A stretch of 64,000 nt of DNA from Candidatus Falkowbacteria bacterium (GTDB lineage: Bacteria > Patescibacteriota > Patescibacteriia > Patescibacteriales > UBA12075). Both the position numbers and the translations under genes were made by a program. The stretch is taken from positions 5,113 to 69,112 of the forward strand of contig JAZDLN010000033.1 of NCBI GenBank assembly GCA_043801965.1, written 5' to 3'. How positions within the stretch are numbered: the first letter of the stretch is position 1; each line of letters begins with the position of its first letter. Under the pieces are notes generated by a model. The model did not search any database, was not told the DNA's origin, and saw only the letters and a program-made list of their open reading frames with translations. Shown piece by piece: positions 56,679-64,000 of the stretch.

Positions 56679-58339
56679 ATCGATGCTCTTTTAAATATTT
56701 TTTGAGCAAATTTTTTAACAGGTATGATCAGCTGACTGTCCCGTCGGATAAGATTTTTTTTCAGAAGAAAGCCGTAAAAGCGCCGGACATAGGGATTCAG
56801 TTTCATTTTTATAAAACTATAATCGTCGTAAAAAGCCTTTGATTGCCCAACTTTCAGTTGGGCATAGCATTTTTTACAAAAGACAGTCGTATATTTCCCC
56901 AAAGATTTCATGAATTTTTTGTAATTATCCGCGTGTCCGCAGGCCGGACATTCTATTTGTAACACATAAAAATTAGCATTATTATATTTTTCTTCCAGTT
57001 TTTTCGATTCAATTAGTTTTCCATCCAGAATGTATTTTAGGTTATTGCGGTAGCTTCCGACTTCTTCCATGATTTTATTAAATTTTTCATCCGGGATTCT
57101 CGACATATTGATTGCCGGGAAATTATCTCGGATATGTTCAAGCTTATCTTTTATCAGTCCCCGTTTAAGCGCATAACGGTAATCGGGAGAATCGGGGACT
57201 GCTTTTATGAATCCCAGGCTGACGTTATAATATCGATGCGATTTCCACCACTCAATTGATTCATTGGCAGTATCGATGGTTTCTTCCGGATCGCCGAGGA
57301 TGATATTGCCCGAACAGAGGACGCCGACTTCCCGCGCCAGGCGGAAGGCGTTTTCGATTTCCGTTTTCGTGGTCATCTTTTTCATGCTTGTAAGTATCGG
57401 ATCGCTCATGCTTTCCACTCCGAATGCCATATAGCTCAAATTAGATTCCTTAAGCTTTAATAGCATTTCTTTTGTAATATTGTTTACCCTGAATTGAGCG
57501 TCCCATTTGATACTATAAGGCTTTATCCGGTCGGCGAATTCGTACAGTCTTTTAAGATCGGCCGAGAAAAGCTCATCGGAAAAGCTCAGATAATTCGTTT
57601 GGTAAGTATTTATCAGGTAATCAATTTCTTTAAAAATATTATCTAGCGAGCGTTGGCGATATATTTTTCCCAAGGGGTGATAGCAAAAGGTGCAGGAAAA
57701 GGGGCAGGAACGGGAGCCGATAATAGGGGAGTAGCGCACATTGTCGTAATTTTCCAGGACAGGGCTTTGTCCGGAATATTGCATTAGCTTGATCCACTCA
57801 TCATAACCCAAGCTTTCATAATCAGGAAACGTCAACTCATCCAAACTTTTTATAGCGGGCCGTTCTGGCGTTTTTATGATACGACCGCCTTTTTTGTAAA
57901 CGATCCCTTTGATGGCGCTATGATCGGTTTTTTTATTAAGCGACCGCGCCAGTTCTGCGGCCGTTATTTCCCCTTCGCCGATGACGCCAAAATCAATATT
58001 AAGGTGGTTTATAGCCAATTCGGGGTCGGCGGTTATTATCGGCCCTCCGGCTACGGTTGTTATTTCCGCTTTAATCTTTTTAACGGTTCTGAAAACATCG
58101 TTAACCAACTGCCAATGGCCGGTCATGCCGCCGGACATTACGACCCCGATATTATTATCCGCAATTTCTTTTTTTAATATTTCTTTCGTACTTAAGTTTT
58201 CATTATAATGGGACAGATTCAGACAGCGAACAGAAAAGCCGGCCCGCTTGAGATGCGATGATATATAAGCCAGCCCGAAAGGAAAGGAATAGAATTCTCC
58301 CGGTTTGGAAAATCTTGGAACGACTATTAAAAAATTCAT
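56675..58339 (-). CDS. B12-binding-domain radical SAM enzyme (class B) with C-terminal Zn-ribbon
   Basis: 554 aa. It has the motif GSRSCPFSCTFCYH and a C-terminal CPACGH...CKKC. Confidence 0.85.
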   Translation of the reverse strand: MNFLIVVPRFSKPGEFYSFPFGLAYISSHLKRAGFSVRCLNLSHYNENLSTKEILKKEIADNNIGVVMSGGMTGHWQLVNDVFRTVKKIKAEITTVAGGPIITADPELAINHLNIDFGVIGEGEITAAELARSLNKKTDHSAIKGIVYKKGGRIIKTPERPAIKSLDELTFPDYESLGYDEWIKLMQYSGQSPVLENYDNVRYSPIIGSRSCPFSCTFCYHPLGKIYRQRSLDNIFKEIDYLINTYQTNYLSFSDELFSADLKRLYEFADRIKPYSIKWDAQFRVNNITKEMLLKLKESNLSYMAFGVESMSDPILTSMKKMTTKTEIENAFRLAREVGVLCSGNIILGDPEETIDTANESIEWWKSHRYYNVSLGFIKAVPDSPDYRYALKRGLIKDKLEHIRDNFPAINMSRIPDEKFNKIMEEVGSYRNNLKYILDGKLIESKKLEEKYNNANFYVLQIECPACGHADNYKKFMKSLGKYTTVFCKKCYAQLKVGQSKAFYDDYSFIKMKLNPYVRRFYGFLLKKNLIRRDSQLIIPVKKFAQKIFKRASI

Positions 58340-58358
58340 GGATAATTAAAATTATGCG

Positions 58359-59150
58359 TTAGTTTTTAGGAAAAATATCGTAAGATGTGGCCGCTTCATA
58401 GTTGAGCGGAGTTTTCGAACATACCATTATACGTGATCCGTGCTCTTTTTCGTTTCCCCTCGCGTAGAACAGTATATTTTTCCAGTTTATTTTTCCTGTT
58501 TTTTGCAGATTCAAGATATCGGTCATAAAGTCATGATTTTTCCAGCGCTCTACCATAACCACCTGCTTATTAGCGGAGTTGAAGAGATTGGCCAGGGCGG
58601 TTAAATGGGTGTCGCCTTTGTGTATGTGCATGATTACCGCCATGGTATAAGCGATATCGGCAGACGGGAAAGACGAATCGGTAGTGGCATCACCCACGAA
58701 TATGTTAGCCCTTAGATCGGGGAAAAGTTCATGTAGAAAAGCGATCTGTTCCGGCGAACGATCAAAGCCGCTAAGCCGTATATCGGGGGCAATTACGCTG
58801 ATATTTTTCAGATGCAAGCCGCTGCCGCAGCCCATTTCCAAAACAGAATCGGGTTTCAACTGAAGAATCGTTTCATAAAGAAGGCACCAGAGCGGGTGAA
58901 GCGGTTTTATATTCGTATCCGCCTGTATTAGCCCAGCATCGTTAAAAACGTAATCTTTGGATTTTAACGTTATTGTAAATAATTTTCCGGTTTCCTTTAT
59001 TTCACCCCGGAAATGCAGATTGTAAAGAGACCAGTCGAACATATCCCAACCATCTTTGCCCGTATCCCGGTTAATAATTTTTTTCAGGCTTTTTAGAAGA
59101 TGATACTTAAAAATGTAGAAGTTGGGATAATTTTCTTTGGGCCGGCTCAA
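58359..59150 (-). CDS. class I SAM methyltransferase
   Basis: VLEMGCGSGLH and DIAYTMAVIMH. Confidence 0.65.
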   Translation of the reverse strand: MSRPKENYPNFYIFKYHLLKSLKKIINRDTGKDGWDMFDWSLYNLHFRGEIKETGKLFTITLKSKDYVFNDAGLIQADTNIKPLHPLWCLLYETILQLKPDSVLEMGCGSGLHLKNISVIAPDIRLSGFDRSPEQIAFLHELFPDLRANIFVGDATTDSSFPSADIAYTMAVIMHIHKGDTHLTALANLFNSANKQVVMVERWKNHDFMTDILNLQKTGKINWKNILFYARGNEKEHGSRIMVCSKTPLNYEAATSYDIFPKN

Positions 59151-59180
59151 AAAACTTATTATTTTTTTTGTACATAATTT

Positions 59181-60446
59181 TTATTTGATTTTTTTGTTAA
59201 ACATAAATATATAAAGAAGAAAAACGCTTTCGCATAACTGTACGCCGATAAAGGTATAAGCCATGCCATATAAACCGAAAAGGGGGAGCAGAATAACAAA
59301 CAAGATAATTTTCGAAATATTAGTTATCAATGAAAGAAAATAGAGTAATTTTTGATAACCCTGGGACATCAGCGCAGTATTAAACAGCCCCAAGGGTACC
59401 AACGCTAATGTAATTGCCATTATTCTGGTTAAAGAGACTGATTCAAGATATTGGGGAAATAATATTTTATAGATCCAGGGAGAAACAAAAAAATAAAAAA
59501 TTGATATAGCCGATGTAAGTCCGGTTAGCTTGGCTATTTTAAGCGGTAGTGTTTTTTTAAGGTTGGTGAAGCTGTTTTCGGAAAATTTCGGAAAAGCCAG
59601 GGAGGCTAGGTTTTTCAGGACGAAAGATTTTAACTGGTCCAGCGGAACGAGCGCAAAGGTGTAAATGGCGAGCTCCCCCGCTCCGACGTAATGGAAAATT
59701 ATAATTTTGTCTATGTTTTCCGTTATAGTTGAAAACACTCCCATAAAACTCAAGTGTTTGCCATAGGTTATATTTTCAGGGTCGTAGTTTTGATTCGGTC
59801 GGTATTTTTTGATTGTATATCGCAGAATAAAATAATTGAACGAGATACGACTTGCGAAATACACGAAAATTATCGCCAGTATATTGTCGGTCAGGTAAAT
59901 AGTCGCTATCGTAACGGACGCTACGAATAATTGGGAGATTATTGATATTATTGTAGCGACTCCAAATTTTTTCCGTCCGGACAAAAATGAAGCATATAGA
60001 GCAAAAGCCGTATAAAAGGGGATAAAGGCCGCAATAATCAACAGGCTAATGGCGATTGCGTTGTTATGGTTAAAAAAATAATAGATTGCCATCGAAACGC
60101 CGATTAAACTGCCGATCGCACCCCACTTTATTTTGGTTTTGATCGCAGGCAGTAAAATTCCCTCGTTGCCCTTGGCCACGGCCATGGTTACGGCCGTATG
60201 CATACCGGCCAGGCAGGGGATGGCCAGTATGCCGATAAAAGATAATATAAATTTGTAAAGACCGAAAGTTTCTGGCGGCAAAAAATTCGCAAAAGCGATT
60301 GACGTTAGCCCAGAAGCTAGGATGGAGGCAAACTGTCCGATTGTCAGCCAAAAATTTCCTTTTGCCAGATAGACCATGTCTGTGTGCGTCCATTTTTCCG
60401 TCCACCTGAGAAATCCTATAGTTTTATTTTTAGTTTTTGTCAGCAT
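59181..60446 (-). CDS. wzx: Wzx-type polysaccharide flippase (MOP superfamily)
   Basis: 421 aa with about 12 TM helices. The polysaccharide-biosynthesis-protein-type N-terminus is KGNFWLTIGQFASILASGLTSIAFANFLPPETFGLYKF. Confidence 0.75.
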   Translation of the reverse strand: MLTKTKNKTIGFLRWTEKWTHTDMVYLAKGNFWLTIGQFASILASGLTSIAFANFLPPETFGLYKFILSFIGILAIPCLAGMHTAVTMAVAKGNEGILLPAIKTKIKWGAIGSLIGVSMAIYYFFNHNNAIAISLLIIAAFIPFYTAFALYASFLSGRKKFGVATIISIISQLFVASVTIATIYLTDNILAIIFVYFASRISFNYFILRYTIKKYRPNQNYDPENITYGKHLSFMGVFSTITENIDKIIIFHYVGAGELAIYTFALVPLDQLKSFVLKNLASLAFPKFSENSFTNLKKTLPLKIAKLTGLTSAISIFYFFVSPWIYKILFPQYLESVSLTRIMAITLALVPLGLFNTALMSQGYQKLLYFLSLITNISKIILFVILLPLFGLYGMAYTFIGVQLCESVFLLYIFMFNKKIK

Positions 60447-60449
60447 GTA

Positions 60450-60725
60450 TTACCAGCGGTTGATTTTTTCAACTACCGCCTTTTTTATTTTCAGATAGGA
60501 ATTTGTCGCCTTTTTCTCTACTTCCGGCGAAACTAAACGCAGGATCTCTTTGCCGAGGATCCGGTATTGTCCACCCACCTTATTGGCCTTAATAAGCCCT
60601 TTTTTAAGCAACCGCTTAATCGTGCTGTTGCTTATTTTCAGGAGTTCCTGGGTCTCTTCGGTAGTATAAACGGCATTGGATTTTATTTCTTGAGTCATAT
60701 AAATAAGTATATCACATAGTATCAA
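60450..60725 (-). CDS. excisionase/MerR-type helix-turn-helix DNA-binding protein
   Basis: YTTEETQELLKISNSTIKRLLKKGLIKANKVGGQYRI is HTH_17-like. The track start is TTG 60725; an in-frame ATG (MTQEIK) lies at 60698. Confidence 0.7.
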   Translation of the reverse strand: MILCDILIYMTQEIKSNAVYTTEETQELLKISNSTIKRLLKKGLIKANKVGGQYRILGKEILRLVSPEVEKKATNSYLKIKKAVVEKINRW

Positions 60726-60764
60726 AAGGGGTCAACAAGTATCAAGATGTTTATGTTTTGATAT
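60718..60764. promoter_or_regulatory. candidate operator: AGTATCAA direct repeat (20-nt spacing) plus inverted TTGATAT
   Basis: agtatcaa occurs at 60718-60725 and 60738-60745, and ttgatat at 60758-60764. It sits in the only real spacer of the minus-strand cluster, just upstream of the HTH gene. Confidence 0.35.
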
Positions 60765-60784
60765 GTTTTTTATTGTACATTGTT

Positions 60785-61774
60785 TTACACCCACCTTTTT
60801 AGCCGGTTAGAAATTTTTTCGACAAAAGTTCCGGATAGCATTGATTCGGGAAATAGAGTAACGGCCCTTTTGCTATTTTCCGTGAAAAGCGGCATTTTTT
60901 CAATTAAGTCACAAAGCATGGGAAACAAATTATATTTATCGAGTATAAGATTTTTCGCCTTTTTTATTTCTGCAACTGATCGTTCGTAAAGTCCGCCTTC
61001 GATCGTGCGGTCGATAATTTTTATCGCTTCCGCTGGTTTCGATATGTTTATCGGGGCCAGAGAGCCCTTTGAGAAATAATGGAAAATGTTCGGGCAGCCA
61101 TAATATATCGGATAAGCGCCCGCAAGAAAACAATCAGAAAGTTTTTCTGTCCAATAATCATTTTGGGCGCTATTTTCAAGGACAATGTGGTATTTGTAGG
61201 GTGCAATAACATCCCATTTATCTGCAAAGGTGTTAAGATTTCGGCCGTAGATATCGATTTTACCCACAAAATGCTTTTTTAATATTTTTATAAATTTAAT
61301 TCTTTGTTTAAGCCCACGCGTATAAGCCTTATCAGATGATATCGCAGAAATTAATTTCGTTTTTTCGATGTTGTCCGCCGCTTTAAGGTCATCGTAACTT
61401 TTTTGCGTATAATTTTGATTTTTGTCTCCGGGTTCGTATTTCCAGCCCACCATCCAAGGTAGAGCCTGTTGGCTATTGATCGTATTGGAACGATTAAGGT
61501 AATGCGATGTTATTATTGTGTTAAATTGATTAACAAACGTTCGTTTATACTTCTTTTTACCGGGTGGCTCAGACGTTATCAGAATGGTATTTTTTGGTGG
61601 GCAATCAGCCGTTTCAATTTTTCTAAGACCGTCAATAATTACCCAATAATCACATTGTCCAATGGCGTCATCATTGATGAAAAAACGGCAGTTCCCCCAG
61701 ACACCTTTCGATTCAGGGGTTTGCCGAATTAAGGGCCAATGAGGAAAGTTGGTCGTGATTTTAATACGTAACAT
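60785..61774 (-). CDS. GT10 alpha-1,3/4-fucosyltransferase-like
   Basis: YKYHIVLENSAQNDYWTEKLSDCFLAGAYPIYYGCPN matches the GT10 C-terminal motif (FENS...DY(V/W)TEK...P(I/V)Y.G). Confidence 0.75.
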   Translation of the reverse strand: MLRIKITTNFPHWPLIRQTPESKGVWGNCRFFINDDAIGQCDYWVIIDGLRKIETADCPPKNTILITSEPPGKKKYKRTFVNQFNTIITSHYLNRSNTINSQQALPWMVGWKYEPGDKNQNYTQKSYDDLKAADNIEKTKLISAISSDKAYTRGLKQRIKFIKILKKHFVGKIDIYGRNLNTFADKWDVIAPYKYHIVLENSAQNDYWTEKLSDCFLAGAYPIYYGCPNIFHYFSKGSLAPINISKPAEAIKIIDRTIEGGLYERSVAEIKKAKNLILDKYNLFPMLCDLIEKMPLFTENSKRAVTLFPESMLSGTFVEKISNRLKRWV

Positions 61775-62577
61775 TATGTTGCAGATTTAAGATATCGTTT
61801 TAACGGAGACATCCGAAATCGGAGAGTCCGTATTATGTTATTTTTTGAATAAAATCTGGTATCGATTTCCCTGTTTACCGTGCGGTCTAAATCGCCATCG
61901 ACAAATGGATGTTTGGTAATTGTGGTAGAGACGTTAAAAACGTGGTTTTTAATTTTTTTATGCATATTGCGATCGGTTACGAAAAGCGCATCACTGCCCA
62001 CCCGGACAGATTTAATATAGCCGTACGGTTTTAAGATATTCGTAATCCCTTTTTCCTGCTTTCTGGTTTTTATTTCGATAAGCAGCGCGCGCGGTTTGAC
62101 TTTGTTGAAATCCATACCTAGAAGCGCCTCAGTTTCGTGACCCTCGATATCGAGAGACATGATGTCGACGGATTTTACATCGTGTTCGTCAAACAGGCTT
62201 TGGAGTGTTTTTTGTTTAACGGTCATTTCCTTGAAGTCTGACTTTTTTTTGTCGTGATTTTTGAGCTCCTGTTCGTTTAGCGGATTGAGCGTTGATAAGC
62301 TGCACATGGTATCGGCGTATAGGGTTACTTTGTTTTTATTTTTATCGGACGCCGCGCAATGGCATACGATACTATTGGGCCGATTTTTTTTTATAAGTTC
62401 GACGTAGTCGTCGTGCGGCTCGACTAACAGGCCGCGCCAGCCCATTTTTTCAAAAATTAAAGTATTGCTGAGGTGCTTACCATCCACACAGCCGACCTCG
62501 ACAAAATAACCGTCTTTTTGATCTTTGAACAATTGGTATAAAATATAATCTTGACCGTATTGGCTATAGAAATGCAT
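61774..62577 (-). CDS. FkbM family methyltransferase
   Basis: GYFVEVGCVDGKHLSNTLIFEKMGWRGLLVEP. Confidence 0.8.
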   Translation of the reverse strand: MHFYSQYGQDYILYQLFKDQKDGYFVEVGCVDGKHLSNTLIFEKMGWRGLLVEPHDDYVELIKKNRPNSIVCHCAASDKNKNKVTLYADTMCSLSTLNPLNEQELKNHDKKKSDFKEMTVKQKTLQSLFDEHDVKSVDIMSLDIEGHETEALLGMDFNKVKPRALLIEIKTRKQEKGITNILKPYGYIKSVRVGSDALFVTDRNMHKKIKNHVFNVSTTITKHPFVDGDLDRTVNREIDTRFYSKNNIIRTLRFRMSPLKRYLKSAT

Positions 62578-62589
62578 AAAAGTCTTTAG

Positions 62590-63366
62590 TTATTTTATAA
62601 AATTTTTTATATCTTCGTTACTGTTTATTATTACATCTCTTATTTTTTCATACTTAGGTGTATCTAAGATAACATCAAGAATCAATTTAGCAATATTTTC
62701 TGGCATGATCAGATGTTTGTCGCCATGTTTTTGTCTGGCGATTTCAAGTAATTTTTCCGGAAAAGCTTTCACTAAGCCTGTTTCCACGAACGAGGGAAAA
62801 ATATTATAAATTTTAATGCCGAATTTGTTCATTTCCGCGCCAATACTTCGGGAAAGCCCCCAGAGCCCGTATTTTGCCGTGACGTAAGGGAGCATGCGCG
62901 GCGGGGGAGTTTCGTCCAATACGGTTGAGGTAATGAAGTTGATAATAAGACCGCCGTTTTTGTTTTTTTTCATTATCGGTATTACCTCTTTGTATAATCT
63001 AAAAGCTCCCAATATCGTTAAATCAATTTCTTTTTGAAAATCGGCTTCATCAAAAAAATCAAATTGTTTTAAATTAAGCTTATTGGCAGCAGCGTTTATG
63101 ATAATGTCCAGCTTTTCGTCACTGGCGATAATATCGGCTATAGCGGACTTTACGCTCTCCGCCTCCAATAAGTTGAAGTAAATATTCTTGTATCCCTTTC
63201 CGGAATTATGGATTCCACGGTTATTTTTAATTCCGCCCGCATAAACCTCAATATTGTTTTCTGAGAGTAGTTTCGATATCGCCGAACCGATTCCGCCGGT
63301 TCCGCCGATTATTAATGCGTTTTTTTTCGGCATATTTTTATAAGACGATAACTTTGGCTTCGCCAT
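62590..63366 (-). CDS. short-chain dehydrogenase/reductase (FabG-like)
   Basis: ALIIGGTGGIGSAI and YVTAKYGLWGL (YxxxK). The start is probably the internal ATG at 63333 (MPKKNALII). Confidence 0.8.
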   Translation of the reverse strand: MAKPKLSSYKNMPKKNALIIGGTGGIGSAISKLLSENNIEVYAGGIKNNRGIHNSGKGYKNIYFNLLEAESVKSAIADIIASDEKLDIIINAAANKLNLKQFDFFDEADFQKEIDLTILGAFRLYKEVIPIMKKNKNGGLIINFITSTVLDETPPPRMLPYVTAKYGLWGLSRSIGAEMNKFGIKIYNIFPSFVETGLVKAFPEKLLEIARQKHGDKHLIMPENIAKLILDVILDTPKYEKIRDVIINSNEDIKNFIK

Positions 63367-63739
63367 CTATGGCAGTATGGCCATTTTTTATTATTTTGGT
63401 TTTCAGGGTTATCATATTAGAATTCTCGTTTTTTTGAATTACCTCGGCTGTGGCAGTTAACTTTTCTTCGTAAAATATGGGTTGGCGGAAATTCATGGTT
63501 TGACTTAAATAAAGAGCATTTTCTCCGGGACAGCGCATGCCGACTAAGGCGGAAAAAAGGCTTCCGGCCAAAAGGCCGTAAACGATATTGTCTTCGAATT
63601 TACTTTGTGCGCCGAAGTCCGCGTCCAGGTGCAGTTTATTAAAATCACCGGAAAGCCGCGCGAAATCACGCCCATCTTGTCGGGTAAATTTCCTTTCGAG
63701 AGAAAAAATATCGCCTATGCTTATATCTTCAAATTTCAT
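63338..63739 (-). CDS. MaoC-like (R)-hydratase/dehydratase, hotdog fold
   Basis: DGRDFARLSGDFNKLHLDADFGAQSKF. 133 aa. Confidence 0.75.
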   Translation of the reverse strand: MKFEDISIGDIFSLERKFTRQDGRDFARLSGDFNKLHLDADFGAQSKFEDNIVYGLLAGSLFSALVGMRCPGENALYLSQTMNFRQPIFYEEKLTATAEVIQKNENSNMITLKTKIIKNGHTAIDGEAKVIVL

Positions 63740-63746
63740 AAGATTA

Positions 63747-63980
63747 TTATTCGAGTTTTACGCTGTGACGCCCCAGGGCCGCTTTTATGTCTTTAAAACT
63801 TCTGACGGACACAACTTCGTCCATGGAGAATTTTATGTTGTAAGCGTTTTCCAGTTCAGAAACCATCATCAGACCATTGAACGAATCCCAGCTTCCGATT
63901 GTTTCGGGGGAGGTATCATCGGTTATATCATTTTCGCTTATTTCGAGAATTTTGGCTATGAGTTTTTTCAGATTTTGCAT
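63747..63980 (-). CDS. acyl carrier protein
   Basis: 77 aa. The phosphopantetheine-attachment-like motif is IGSWDSFNGLMMVSELE. Confidence 0.7.
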   Translation of the reverse strand: MQNLKKLIAKILEISENDITDDTSPETIGSWDSFNGLMMVSELENAYNIKFSMDEVVSVRSFKDIKAALGRHSVKLE

Positions 63981-64000
63981 AATTATTTTTTGATTATTAA

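Overview
64-kb contiguous chromosomal segment using the standard genetic code: TAA, TAG and TGA all terminate well-supported genes. There is no rRNA, CRISPR array, transposase or integrase. The content looks like an uncultivated small-genome bacterium, possibly Patescibacteria/CPR; that taxonomic guess is inference only. Supporting traits are a type IV pilus locus rich in pilin-like proteins, a very large sugar-modification repertoire, GxxExxY and mini GIY-YIG genes, and very short spacers.

The window has three blocks.

(i) 1-22.7 kb is a type IV pilus (T4P) locus. It holds PilN/O-like genes, pilB, a pilT-like gene, pilC, a major pilin, pilD and four minor pilins. Two sets of genes interrupt it. 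The first is two Cys-rich paralogues whose C-terminal halves copy the collagen-IV NC1 (C4) cysteine framework. The second is a modification island between the pilin genes and pilD: a Wzy_C/O-antigen-ligase-like TPR protein, five methyltransferases, and an MBOAT plus SGNH pair. The PilX-like minor pilin carries a fibrinogen-related-domain-like motif.

(ii) 22.7-31.5 kb is housekeeping: ligA, gatC, gatA, a DsbA-like gene, tRNA-Ser(GGA) and fic. It is interspersed with hairpin-bounded GxxExxY cassettes, 'empty' copies of the same hairpin element, and a decayed tRNA-Ser copy next to a mini GIY-YIG gene.

(iii) 31.6-64 kb is a very large, visibly more AT-rich glycan biosynthesis and decoration island. 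It has about 10 glycosyltransferases, including GT11 and GT10 fucosyltransferase-like enzymes and a GT-C. It also has four B12-binding radical SAM enzymes, a carbamoyltransferase, an AsnB-like amidotransferase, a DegT aminotransferase, a GNAT, an Fcl-like reductase, a Wzx flippase and an ACP-MaoC-SDR trio.

The most unusual items are the NC1-like and FReD-like modules in the pilus locus. Next is a family of modular intergenic hairpins whose arms are tandem k-mers; it includes cassette-carrying, empty and in-frame intragenic copies. All coordinates of motifs and hairpins were indexed by hand from the sequence. No database search or folding computation was possible.
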